From contig OZ037769.1 in the NCBI GenBank assembly GCA_964035545.1, positions 2,542,001 to 2,606,000 on the forward strand: a DNA stretch of 64,000 nt, given 5' to 3'. Positions 37,034 to 49,400 of this stretch are shown here, piece by piece. The translations under genes were made by a program, and so were the position numbers. The notes beneath the pieces are model-generated. The model searched no databases. It saw only the letters and a list, made by a program, of their open reading frames with translations, and had not been told where the DNA came from. The DNA is from Bugula neritina (lineage: Eukaryota; Animalia; Bryozoa). The number at the start of each line of letters is the position of its first letter. Position 1 is the first letter of the stretch.

Positions 37034-38188
37034 ATGATACCTCCGGTGTACTATCCATTATTCTTCAGCGTTGGTTTGTTACTCCTAATCTTGCTGATAG
37101 TGCTAACAAACATCTATTGCAAATTCTGCAAATATGGATCTAACAAAGGTAAATATAATCTAAACAACCCTAATCCCATGCGGAATAATGGGGCATATGG
37201 AATGATTCCTCCAAACACTGTGGTGCCAACTCCTTCCTTACCACTTCAGCCCATTTACGAGGGACAAGCAATCCAGCAAAATTACAACAACCCACCATTT
37301 GCAAGACCCGACCTTCCTCCACAAGATTCTATGAAAAGAGCGCCAGTAGGGGGTTATATGCCTATGCAAAATATGTTACCAGGCACGAACATTCCTTATC
37401 AACCACAAGGTGCTAAAAATGACCCTCAACAAGTAAGTGACATGAAATTATTAAATCCAAAAGATACTATAGAACCGATTCCGAAAATTCCTCTAAGACA
37501 AACTAACCCAACACTAACTATAAATGATAATAGAAGCAACTATTCCCCTAAGATAGCAAACACCATCGGAACGGCATCCACATTGATGTCCCAACTAACC
37601 AAAAGAAAAGACAGTCTTGAAGAAGAAAACTGTTATGAGGAAATTGAAACCGGCATGTTGAATCCTAAAATGGCTAAACTACCACCAATTGGAGCAGCTG
37701 GATTAAACCCAGCCAACAGTCAAGGTAGCGTGGTTACAGGAAGACATTCATATACCAAAACATACTACACTGCCAGAGATCCCAAGGGAGACAAACTTCC
37801 TACACCTTTACCAGAAAAATCTTCTGGCACATTGCCAAAAACATCGGCACAGAACAGTGACACAAAAATGTTTCAAAAACCAGCCAGTGCAAGCATGAGT
37901 TCGCGAATGGCTCCTATACCTTTTGCTAGACCACAAACCGGAGGAGGAAACTCCCAGCAAAGTATGGGTTCTGTTAAGCCTCAAATACAAAGGCCTCTCC
38001 CAAACCCGGATGTGAAGTCAAGCAATGATCAGAACATCACAGCTAATTCTCCACCCAAGGCTGCTGAAGTAGAAAATAACACAGCAAATGGTGTAAAACG
38101 TCGTTCTCCAAAAGCTAACTCGCCATCGAAAAAGAAGAAATTTTCAATTCCACTACCACCAACTCCATCAGAAAATCCGAAATTGTGA
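37034..38188 (+). CDS. Single-pass (signal-anchor) membrane protein with a long Pro-rich disordered tail; transmembrane-adaptor-like
   Basis: 384-aa uninterrupted ORF preceded by a ttttacag acceptor (37020). Hydrophobic [20 protein letters not shown] near the N-terminus, then CKFC; motifs YEEI, YNN, RPLPNP, PLPPTP. Confidence 0.8.
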   Translation: MIPPVYYPLFFSVGLLLLILLIVLTNIYCKFCKYGSNKGKYNLNNPNPMRNNGAYGMIPPNTVVPTPSLPLQPIYEGQAIQQNYNNPPFARPDLPPQDSMKRAPVGGYMPMQNMLPGTNIPYQPQGAKNDPQQVSDMKLLNPKDTIEPIPKIPLRQTNPTLTINDNRSNYSPKIANTIGTASTLMSQLTKRKDSLEEENCYEEIETGMLNPKMAKLPPIGAAGLNPANSQGSVVTGRHSYTKTYYTARDPKGDKLPTPLPEKSSGTLPKTSAQNSDTKMFQKPASASMSSRMAPIPFARPQTGGGNSQQSMGSVKPQIQRPLPNPDVKSSNDQNITANSPPKAAEVENNTANGVKRRSPKANSPSKKKKFSIPLPPTPSENPKL

Positions 38189-38849
38189 GGTAGTTGACGA
38201 AAATACCAGGCATGAAGAAACTGACTAATCAGTGAAAGTTTGAAGGAAAGTTTACAATCTACAGTAGAAATAGAAAAAATCCACAAAGAAGCTGAAGAAT
38301 GTTCCAGTGGTTGTGAGGCAAAAGACCACCTGGTATGTCTAAAGTAATATATTACAATGATGTCTGCAGCACAAAATGGCGCATACATAATGTGACAGAA
38401 AATTTCCTAATTCTGGTAACTTCTGGTGACAATTAGGAAATAGAAAGATCACATAGAAACCCTCCTTTTGTAATTTAAAATACCTTTAAGTTTCATTTAG
38501 TAATTAACCAATAGCCAAAATAGGTGGCTGTTTTTAACACACCGTACGTTTATAGAGATTGATGTACCTTACCCATTGCAGATAACCTTATCTAGGAGTT
38601 CAATTAATAAAATATGTAGAATTTCTCCAAACTGGTTTGTTGATTCATTGACGAAAAGTAAGAAAATTATTTAATAAGTTTAAAAATTTAAATTACTTTT
38701 TTGGTGAGATGGAGTCAAAAGGCTATGAATTTATAGTACTTTTATAATAATATTGGGTTTTTGTTCGCTCAATTTCATTATGAAGCAGCAGCAGCCATAA
38801 GATTTTGTCAAACTCATTGGTGTTGGGTGCAGTGTTAAGTTTATCCAGC

Positions 38850-38927
38850 AGCCCTTGTGATGTAATTGGTTAGCTCGCTTGCAAGCCGGAAGTCTGCTGT
38901 TTGCATCCCGGTGGGGGCAAAATTTTC
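38850..38927 (+). mobile_element. tRNA-Ala-like SINE head, copy 3 (more diverged)
   Basis: gcccttgtgatgtaattggttagctcgcttgcaagccgg...catcccggtgggggcaaaatttt aligns with copies 1 and 2. Confidence 0.55.
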
Positions 38928-39291
38928 AAACGTAATAACATGTTATTACGTTTAACAACATAAGACTAACCATCAGACAACCACTCACAGTTACCACTAA
39001 AGCAGCTACTGCTCTGCCATAGGGCAGATACAGGTACACTCAATCGTAATCTTTTTGTAAATTTTTGTAAGGAAAATGACAAGAAAGCTAGATTGAAAAT
39101 TTTATTAGCACAAATTTGGAACAAAACCAAAATAATTAAAATAAACATTAAATAACTTATCTAAATCATGCTACAAAATGTAGATAGTACACAAGATTCA
39201 AGTGTGAGAATCTGTTTAAATAAAGAATTCTACGATATAAAAACAAGTTTGGAATCAGAATAAATAGCGCATTGACAAATGGGCTAGTGAC

Positions 39292-42200
39292 TTAGGTAAA
39301 GTCATCTGTCCTGTTAAAATATTTAAGCATATTGGAAAAGAATGCTACAACATGTTTTAGATCAGAGTAGGCTATTATTCCATCGGACAGGGGATCATGA
39401 CTCCCTGTGTATTTAATCTCGAATTCACTATAAGGGAAATCTTTAAGGCAACCTACAAATTTAAAGATTTTACTATGAAAAATCTTATAACCACATAAAA
39501 TTGATTAATTTTTATGTGGTTAATTTTTCCATTAAACACCAAAACAAATTAAGGACTGAGCATTATTACACTGTAAAATGTATGTAACAATCCTACTTTA
39601 GCGTGAAAAGTAAATATACCAAAATGTACCGGCAATTTTGTTGAACCAATAATTATAACTCTGTTACCACATATAATGTACTTCACTAATTGTTATGCAG
39701 TTGCAGCAGATGTGGTGGATATCGTTATAGCAGATAGTATTACGTTATAGCAGATAGTATTATATTATAGCAGATAGTATTACGTTATAGCAGATAGTAT
39801 TATATTATAGCAGATAGTATTACGTTATAGCAGATAGTATTACCTTATAGCAGATGTGGCATAAATTACGTTGTGGTAAATGTTGTTCATTAGGTTACAG
39901 CAAATATTGTACGTATCACTTAGTAGCAAATGTTGTACATTATGCATTATGTTGTAGTAAATGTCTTTTAAAAGTCTCAAAAATTTCATGAAAAATATAA
40001 TGTAAAATATCTCTAAAAAAAGCAAATCAACATACAGGGGAAGGGGTTTGGGGTGTTTCCTAAACAGCTACAATTCAAATGCTTCATTGTCTTGAGTTGA
40101 AGTAATAAAAAGTAGAACCTTTGAAGCAAGATAAATTTGAATATTTCTATGTACCTTGATAGGATTGCAGAGCTTCAAAAATAGACCTATAGTTGAGTAT
40201 TCCCCCTCCCTGAGCTTTGAGAATGCTGTGGCCCGCACAGGTGTCCCACAAGAACACAACGTTAGACTCTAAGGTTATCACATACAGATCAGCTTTTCCT
40301 TTTGCTACAGCCAGCACCTTGTTCCCAGCTCCTGTAGGTTACAGAAGTTAGACAATAATATTCAAAACTTTTAATTAAACTATAAACCAACTTTTTAGCA
40401 ACTTTTCCAATAAAGTTTTACAATAAGTGCAAATTTAAACATTGAAGATAATCAAACTAAAAAAAATCATAATTAAACTTGTTTGCCATAAATATTTTGC
40501 AGGTCTTATTAATTTGTGTCTGCTGACAATCGTTTAATATACGACTACACCTAGTATGTCATATACTTGCATTATTACATACTATACACACACGCGCGCG
40601 CGCACACACACACACATATATACCATCAACTAATTAAGCTCTAATGTGACAGTGTTGCAAAAGCCTTTACCAATTTTAAACTATCACAAAGTAAATAACT
40701 TCTTTGGAACTTTGACATGTTTTTGTGCGAACTCAAAGCTGATCAGCAGAAAGTTTATGCCATTGTCAAAATAAATTAAGGTAAAAATTTTTTTTCATTT
40801 TAAAGACTGCACAACTTTTTACTATGGACTTACTAGTATTTTCCGATTCAAATATCCTACTTTTTACACTTCTTTGCACTTATACATACTTACATTACAC
40901 TTACATTACACTTACTTTTACTTACCCTTTGGAGAGATTCGTTCAAACAGTGGATTGTCTATAACAAAAGGCATTTTCTCGCCTCCACTAAGGGCCAATC
41001 TCATCTCACTAGACGAAGACGGGGCACGTACGCAATTCTCACTAACTAAGGAAAGTGAAGATTCAGGGTGATAACAACCCCAGTGAATAGCTGTCTCTGC
41101 TCTAAAGTCATGTATATATTACATAATTAGCTTTGATTATGTATTATTAATTATTAATTAATCATTAAATAAATACCAGTACCGAGTAAACAATAAACCT
41201 GTACAATAAACGGAGTACAAAGTAACCAAAGCAATGATCTCAAGTTTTCAAGACTTTTTTGTAAATCAAGATTTTACTTTCACTACAAAAAAATAAAAAG
41301 AACAAAATCTTTTTTGGACTTTTATCTATAATAACACCAGTAGCCTGCATGAATACAACTAAATTTAAAGCAGCAAAAAAAATGCAGACACAAATAGTCT
41401 CTACTTAATACTATGACTTTAGGTTCTATAAACCGCAACATGACGGACAGTGTTTACACCTTCTGACAGCGTTATTGCTGTGTTGCTGACAAGCAAATAA
41501 AGCATTGAATTCCGTAAGGAAACCGCCAACTGTAGGCTGCTAGCATTAAAACAGGTGTTTAGTTATTAACTGCTTTGGAAACACCGACATACTAAAAAAG
41601 AGAACGCAGCAGTTAGTGTAGACTCACTGGGAGAAATTTCCGGAATCACAAGTGTCCAAGTTGAACGGATAGCTGACAACTCCAACAAACGGCTGCCCAG
41701 TGGTGAGGTTGTAAGAGCCTAAGATGACGGTACAGCACCCTAGCCCTCGGTGTGACAGCCCGTCCACAACTACAGACTTCTTAGCGTTAACATACTCTTT
41801 GGTAGCATCTGCATACAACATAGCATCTCTAGTATTATGAAGTTATATATACTCTTTGGTAGCATCTGCATACAACATAGCATCTCTAGTATTATGAAGT
41901 TATATATACTCTTTGGTAGCATCTGCATACAACATAGCATCTCTAGTATTATGAAGTTATATATACTCTTTGGTAGCATCTGCATACAACATAGCATCTC
42001 TAGTATCATGAAGTTATATATACTCTTTGATAGCATCTGCATACAACATAGCATCTCTAGTATTATGAAGTTATATATACTCTTTGGTAGCATCTGCATA
42101 CAACATAGCATCTCTAGTATTATGAAGTTATATATACTCTTTGGTAGCATCTGCATACAACATAGCATCTCTAGTATTATGAAGTTATATATACTCTTTG

Positions 42201-43999
42201 GTAGCATCTGCATACAACATAGCATCTCTAGTATTATGAAGTTATATATACTCTTTGGTAGCATCTGCATACAACATAGCATCTCTAGTATTATAAAGTT
42301 ATATATACTCTTTGGTAGCATCTGCATACAACATAGCATCTCTAGTATTATAAAGTTATATATAAAGTAATATTATATTATGTAAAGTAACACTATATAA
42401 TATAAAATAATACTACATTATATAACATAACACTATATAATACAAAGTAGCATCATATCAACCCACCGATTGGATCGATCCACACACCGATATTAGAAAA
42501 GTCTACAGAGAGATTCTCCAACTCAGTACTGTGAGTAGAAATACCTTCCACTATATGAGCGGGTAACTCCAAGTTGGAATGTATGAGCGAGGAAATACTA
42601 TCTACCACTAGAGGGTCAGAGAGTGCCTTTGCTGTAAAAGTATTAACGAATCTTAACAGTTCGTACATGCTAAAATTATTATAAATTGAATGAAGCAACC
42701 AACCATGTACTGACAACTCCCAGTAGACACTAAGAGTTGAATTAAATTCAGTAGACCAGTAAACTACAAGCTGGTAACTAGTTTCAATAGAGCCAAACTT
42801 TTATTCCAGAGAGTTCTAAAGTCTTATAACAACTGCAGTAATCAGAGGCAAGATGGTTTTTGATTAGACGTTCATTTTTGTAGTTGTCAGTTTGAAATGG
42901 TCCAAAGAAAGACATAATTTTCACAGCATTAGTTAAAATAAAGATTCGATGAGTTTGGAGTTGTTCACCACTGCCACTTCATAAGCAACTCACATTTATG
43001 CATACAACTTTGTGTGCCTGTATTGTATTTTCTACATATTGTCTTTCATTAACAACTTCAAATTACAGCACATTGTGTCAATTACAACTTAAGACTGAGG
43101 AAGATACACTTACACAGCATAACTTTTGTATCTTCTGTATTCCCCGTAAGTTTCACCTGTACTTCTTCATCTCCGTGACTTTGGAAACTACAATTCTCCT
43201 CTCCATGTATATCCCTTATATCCGGAAACTGCAAAAATAATGTATTCATTTTGTATAAATCTCTGCCACCAATTTGAGACGTGAAAACAGACTAAAGAGA
43301 AACTTGATTAATACGTCTGCTCGACTCAAACTAGTTTGACTGTAAACTGATCAAGCTATGAAGATATTCCTAGTCAATCTTAGTAACTCACACACCAAAA
43401 AGGGAGAAAAAGAATTACCTGTCATTACCAATTATCTAAGAAGATTATATGCTACTGGTGAGAAATAGAATACCACTACTGCTATCAAGGTTAATGTTAT
43501 ATACTTCAAATTATATAACATCCAATAGAGCAATACTGCATAATGTGCAATGGTGAAAATGTAAAAAATTAAAATAGGTTGTTGAAAAAGAAAAAAATTA
43601 TGTTCTTATTTTCATATATAAGAGGAGACAATCCCAAAGTATTGAAATGCAGAAATAATGGATCATGCAGTAACGAATTGATATGCATACTTATTATTTG
43701 TAATAGAGACTCAAAATCAACGCATTTTCCCTAAAACATAAATGTAAATAACAAATTTGAGAACTCACCAACTTTCTAAGTTCATAGTCAATAACTGTTT
43801 GACAGAGGACATCGGCTAAAGTCTTGAAATCAGAACTTCCATCTTTCCTGTCTACTTTTTCTTCAGTAGCAATTCTCTGGTGAATAGATTGAGAATCTGA
43901 TCCGCCTGTCCAGTAGGCTGCCCTGATTATTCTAGTGATACGAGATGCTTTCTCTGAGGCTATAATCAAACCCTCAAGGAAGCCTTTGACTGACACCAT
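39292..43999 (-). CDS. INPP1: Inositol polyphosphate 1-phosphatase
   Basis: Exons (minus): 43999-43769, 43228-43114, 42631-42467, 41808-41628, 41101-40926, 40331-40155, 39452-39292. Motifs: DFKTLADVLCQ, IHGEE, GVWIDPIDATKEY, GVVSYPF, GAGNKVL, WDTCAGHSILKAQGG, GIIAY. Confidence 0.93.
39722..39855. repeat. 20-bp tandem repeat (agcagatagtattacgttat / ...tatattat)
   Basis: About 6.5 copies in the last INPP1 intron. Confidence 0.88.
41792..42363. repeat. 57-bp minisatellite x10 containing the INPP1 3' splice site and exon start
   Basis: Minus-strand unit ...gctatgttgtatgcag|ATGCTACCAAAGAGTATatataacttcataatactagagat. Confidence 0.95.
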
Positions 44000-44504
44000 G
44001 GTGTTGAACCAACCAGTAAATATTCACCTGTGAACACAATACAAGTTACAGAGTCAAGGCCAACAGTAAATGGACTGTGAGTATATCACAACTAAAATAG
44101 TATTAGTTACTATGATTATCAACATGTTGATCCTTCTAGGACATTTGGTGGTAATATCATTGAAACAATATTAAATTAAAAAATTATGGTCAAGTAATAA
44201 ATTTGTGAAACAGCCAATCAATTAACCAATAAATATAATAATACCCAATATAAATAATATAAGTTATATAGTTACTAATTCTAGCTTAAACTTGAAATTA
44301 ATCTTATCAACTAACTTATAACCTATAGGTTATAACTATAGCCTACTGACACTGATTACTAATAGTTACAGCTATGCCTATAGTCACACTCACAGTAAAT
44401 GTCATAGCACTGTCTACTCCTACTACTACTAATGGTAGGTCTACTACATTAATTTTAAATCATTTGCAAGAATAATAATTAATTGAGTAATTATACTACT
44501 ACTA

Positions 44505-44795
44505 GGTCTAATACGGGTACTTGTAGTATTACTATTAGTATTACTGTATTAGTACTGTAGTACTACTACTAGTAGTACTAGTACTAGCCCTAGGTCTACT
44601 TAAACTGTACTTCTAGTAGACTAGAAGTAGACGTAGTACTACTAAACGTAGTACTACTAGTACTACTACTAGTACAATAGACGTAGTAGTACTACTGTAC
44701 TAGTAGTAGTACTAGTAGTACTACTACTACTACCAATAGAAGCTGTAGACGTAGTCTAAGTCTAGTCTTCAGTACTAGTAGTAGTACTAGTACAC
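44505..44795. repeat. (TAG/TAC) self-complementary low-complexity tract
   Basis: tagtactactagtagtac runs. Confidence 0.8.
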
Positions 44796-45720
44796 TAAAT
44801 GTTTTACTTCACTATTGGCATTAGTACTCTCATAGTTCTTGTTTAAATACAATATTGTAATTATTTTAATGATGCCAAAAACTAAGGTGAAACCGCTTTT
44901 GAAATCAATAATTGATTTCCTGAGTACTTCTGCACTGGCAGGACAGCAAACTATTCTTGCAGGCAACAATAATCTTTATGAAAGTTGCTTGGAGCAGCAC
45001 CGAGTTGGTAGCCACTGAGTGCATTGCTTCAGCCTTTCAAAAGTATTGGATTTGCAATACCGTGTGTGCGCAAAGAATGTACTCAGGCACCCCTAATTTG
45101 GTGCTGTTTCTAGCAATATTTAGTAATAATTGCACTTATCAACCAACAAAAGCTATGTTCTGCTTTCAACCCATTACCGTATCTTAGAAAAGATAACTCC
45201 ACAACTTTATAGCTAGATTATAGCGGAAACTGATCGTCGTCACTGCCCCTCCCAGAATGCCAAGTTAGACTAATTTACTAACAAAAATGGACTTGTAGTC
45301 TATGACTGCAAACAACCCAAATCCTTTGCAATCTGCAAAAGAAATATTAAAATTGGTGCGACCATATAGACCTTTTATGAGGGGAGCTTATAATTATTCT
45401 TGACTTGGTCCATTTTGTCTTGCTGGGTGGTTATAACTGACGTATAAGAAAATATTCCCGTCAGTGTATTATACGGAATACGTAGCTGCCGTACTAGAAC
45501 AAGGTACGTAAGTTTTGTCACAACTTTATCTACTAATATATAAGTTCTTTTCGTTTTTGCGTGTTGTTGCTGGTATGCAATTTGATGTTTCTGCTATACA
45601 TTGACTGTTTCTGCTTTTGAAGGTGTCAAACTGTACTAAAATCATGAAATGGTTAAAATTTTGATCAAGAGAGACAACTTCTAATCACAGTCGTTCTCAG
45701 GTAATTTGTATCATTATGAT
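44796..45720. promoter_or_regulatory. Probable divergent promoter region of INPP1 and CDK12, including candidate non-coding 5' exons
   Basis: Head-to-head arrangement; plus-strand donors at ~45505 (aag|gtacgt) and 45701 (cag|gtaatt); acceptors just upstream of both ATGs (~44027 and 46475). Confidence 0.45.
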
Positions 45721-46499
45721 TATACATTATTTCAATCTGAATCTGATTCATTTCAGATAAAAGACGTGCAATAGCAATATTTGTCAGTCTAACTTAGTTT
45801 GCTAACCATGTTTTACTTTCAACTCGAATGTTCATCTTTTTTTTATAATTATTGTTGCTGTTGTAATGATAATTAATTCATAATAATAATTGAGTGTTGG
45901 ATTTGGTAGTGGTACTAGTAGTAGTACTACTACTACTACTACTCTACTAATGATTTATACTACTCTACTACATGTACTACTAAAAGTATTAAGTCTCTAA
46001 AATCTAAATCTTAGGTGGTAATACATATTCTACTAAATTTTAAATATGAAAATAGATATAATAATATCTTCCAGAGTTTGAGTCAAGGCAGTTGGCTTAT
46101 GTAAATATATTGATTCAAATTAGCATCAATCAGCTTTTCATGGTAGCATTCCAAGCGATTTATACAATTTTAATATAGTTTTGTATTTGCGAACTCTACT
46201 CCTATAATTGAAAAATGTAGAATTATATTATCTAAAAGTTATACTATTTAGTCGAAATTTTAAATGAGAAATGGTTGTTCCAGGCAGCCACCAAGAATGT
46301 GATTAGTACATTTGTGTGATTAATTTGAGGATTATTAAGCAAAGGGTTCTAACATACTAGCTAATAGTTCAATAATGGCGTGAACTAAGGATTCTCTATG
46401 CAAATAAGAGTTTTTAAATGTTTTATGCTAGAAAGAACTGTTTTAATTTGACTTCATTTCAAACTTTGATTGTAGTGGCAATTGCTAAATAGTCAAGAT

Positions 46500-49400
46500 A
46501 TGTCGAGTAACAGAAGAAAAGAACGCCATAGCAGTGGAGGCTCAAGACGGGCAGATAATCGAAAATATGATGATCATCGACATCAGGCAGTTGACCCTGA
46601 GTATGATGCCAGTACATATACACAGGATTCACATACTCTTACACCAGTTCCACAATCAGCGGCCATGACAGCAACTAGACAGCAAAAGCCAACTCTCGTA
46701 AACTATGACTATGCGTCCGATGATTCTCCAAATCCATACGGTACTTCGCATAGGAAGAAAGACCTCAAACGCAGTCCTTCCCCAACTAAAAAAGATAAAC
46801 GAGAAGCTAAGAAAAAGAAAAAGAAAAAATCTCGATCAAATTCGAGAGATAAAGAAAGTTCTGTTAGTAAAAAGCATAAACATAAAAGGCAGTCTGGTGT
46901 CTCCTCACCTCCACCAGCAGAGGCAGCTGATGATATCGGTCTGCAAGCTTCTCCTACTAAGCGGAGGGCCTCGCCTCCTAGACAATATGCACATGACAGT
47001 CCTCACCGGCACCCACCCGCCTCCCCGCCCAGAGCATATCAGTTGGTCGGTAAAAGCAGGAAAGAAGACTTTGATGTCAAACATCACAGATCTAGAGATC
47101 GCTCACCTAATCACAGGCGTTCTTCAAAATCGCCAACTAGTCCATTTGCGTAAGCTCTGAGTTTATATTTGTTCAAAAAAATTTGATAATTGCCATAAAA
47201 ATAACTCATGTGTATCAATATTCTCATAGTATAAATATAATTATATATGCTCTTTAGAATCAAAGCTAAATCTTGGAGAACACAATATCACCATAGACAT
47301 TTCTATGGTGGTAAAGTCTGGTAATGTGAACTTTGCCAACATTTATTTTTTTCAGTTTGCTGTTTAATTAAAGATTCTTGAGTTTCTAGTGTTTATATGA
47401 AGTCTCTAGTTTTCTGCTGTTCATGTCTTTTGCTCTTAATATTGCAGGAAATCACGGAGGGAAAATTGGAGGTCTCCTCTCAAGCCCAGATCTCCTAGGA
47501 GAGGACAATCGAGATCTAGGTCAAAGGAGCGAGGGGTGGCGAGGTCATCTTATGGCAGCTCCAACAGCGGAAACAGAGGCATGGCTGGCTCATCTCTAAT
47601 AGCTGAGCTTACCAAGTTCAAGAAGGGCAGAGAAGTGGTTTTCAAAAGAGAACGTCAAGACAGTCGACCAGGTTGGTGCTAATAGTGCTCCTCTTGTTTC
47701 CAAATTCATACACTGTTGTCATGATTGGTTTTTATTTGTTGATGAAATCTTGTGATTTTCCGCAATTGCACAGCTTAATTCCTCGTAATAACAAATGTCT
47801 TCAATGCAATAAAAATTGTTTCTAAATTTTTCAAGTCTGTATTTGTTTGCAATATTATTTAGTTATTTGAAAAATTCAACTTGTGATCAACCATAAATGT
47901 AAAGTGTAAGTACATTATGTCAAGGTCAATGTGCATATTATTGAAAAGATTCTGAAAATCTCAAATAGTTCATATAAATATTTGCATTATGCTATCTCCT
48001 ACCAAATATTGATGCAGCTTTTTTCCAGTCTACCATTTTCAGTATATATGCTGGTCTGTTAGGGTCTCCTGGTAACCATTCGCACCGTAAAAGAGGTCGT
48101 GACGATGTAAAGCTGGACAACATTGTCATACGTGTGGACAATGAGAAGGCACAGAACACGCCACCGCCTCCCAAACCCCCACCATCTGGTCAACCTCTCC
48201 CTCCTCAAAAGATTCCCCTCCCAGACCTACCTTCAGAGAATCATAGTAAACCCTCGGCTCCCAGCGCCAGGTGGGTATTCATCCTTCATGAGGGTATTTT
48301 AGCTCTTATATAATAGTATTCATCCTACCATAAGTTTGCTAATTGTATATACTATATACTGTAAGACAAATTAACATATTCATCCTGTCTTACATGCGCC
48401 TCTAACCTGATTAGCTAGAATATAGAAACTGCGAAATGTGAAGTATTTTAATCTGGTATCTGATTGTGTAGAAGTAGTATGTCGTTTGGTTGCCGCTGCT
48501 TTGCTGCCGACCACCAAGATGTATTTCAAAGGTTACCAGGCATGTACTATCATTTAGAAAGTGAAGGCTTGCTCCAAGGCCTGCTAGCATACATGTGTAG
48601 TGTCTCATCCACGCAATGCACTATTTACAAGATCTTACATCACCGTGTGTCATGTCTGTTTACGAGCATTGGTTTTACAGAGGGATCCGGGATCTCCCCC
48701 TTCCGCCCACCTCAAATGACGACCCATTTGATGAGCCAGAGCCAGTTAGGCCGTCATCAGTGAAGTCCACTTTTAAGCCGGCTGTCAAGAGACCAAAAAT
48801 TCTGGCCAAGTCTGGTGTGCTGGAAAAGAACAAAGTTTCCTGGGGTATGTCACTGTGTCACCATGTCACTGTGTCATCATGTCGCGATGTCACCATGTCG
48901 CTGTGTCACCATGTCACTGTGTCACCATGTCACTGTGTCATCAAGTCACTGTGTCATCAAGTCACTGTGTCATCATGTCACCGTGTCATCATGTCACCGT
49001 GTCTTCATGTTGCTGTGTCACCATGTCACTCTATCACTGTACCCGAATTTTCTTGTTTAGAAAGTAAAAATTCTCTAAGTTCACAACTCTATCCTTCCAT
49101 CTGGTGGTGGGGGGTTACGGCCAGCCTTCTTGTCACATATTATCTACTGACTACTGCTATTACGTGCAGTAATTGAATATATCAATCTAACACTTTATGA
49201 TGACCTGGGTTTTAGGGGAAAGATGCGTGGATGACTATGACATAATTAGTCAAGTAGGTGAGGGTACTTACGGACAGGTTTACAAAGCCAAAAGAAAAGA
49301 TTCTGGTGAGTCTTTTTCACTTATTTTTACTGTAGTGAAGTTTATAAGAAAAGCATCTGTGAATAGTCATGCTGGTAATAATACTAGAAGAGTCCTTTTG

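Noticed and set aside
41770-42370. 189-aa and 177-aa repeat proteins
   Set aside because: 57-bp array; the INPP1 reading frame hits a stop in each unit, and the open frames are incidental.
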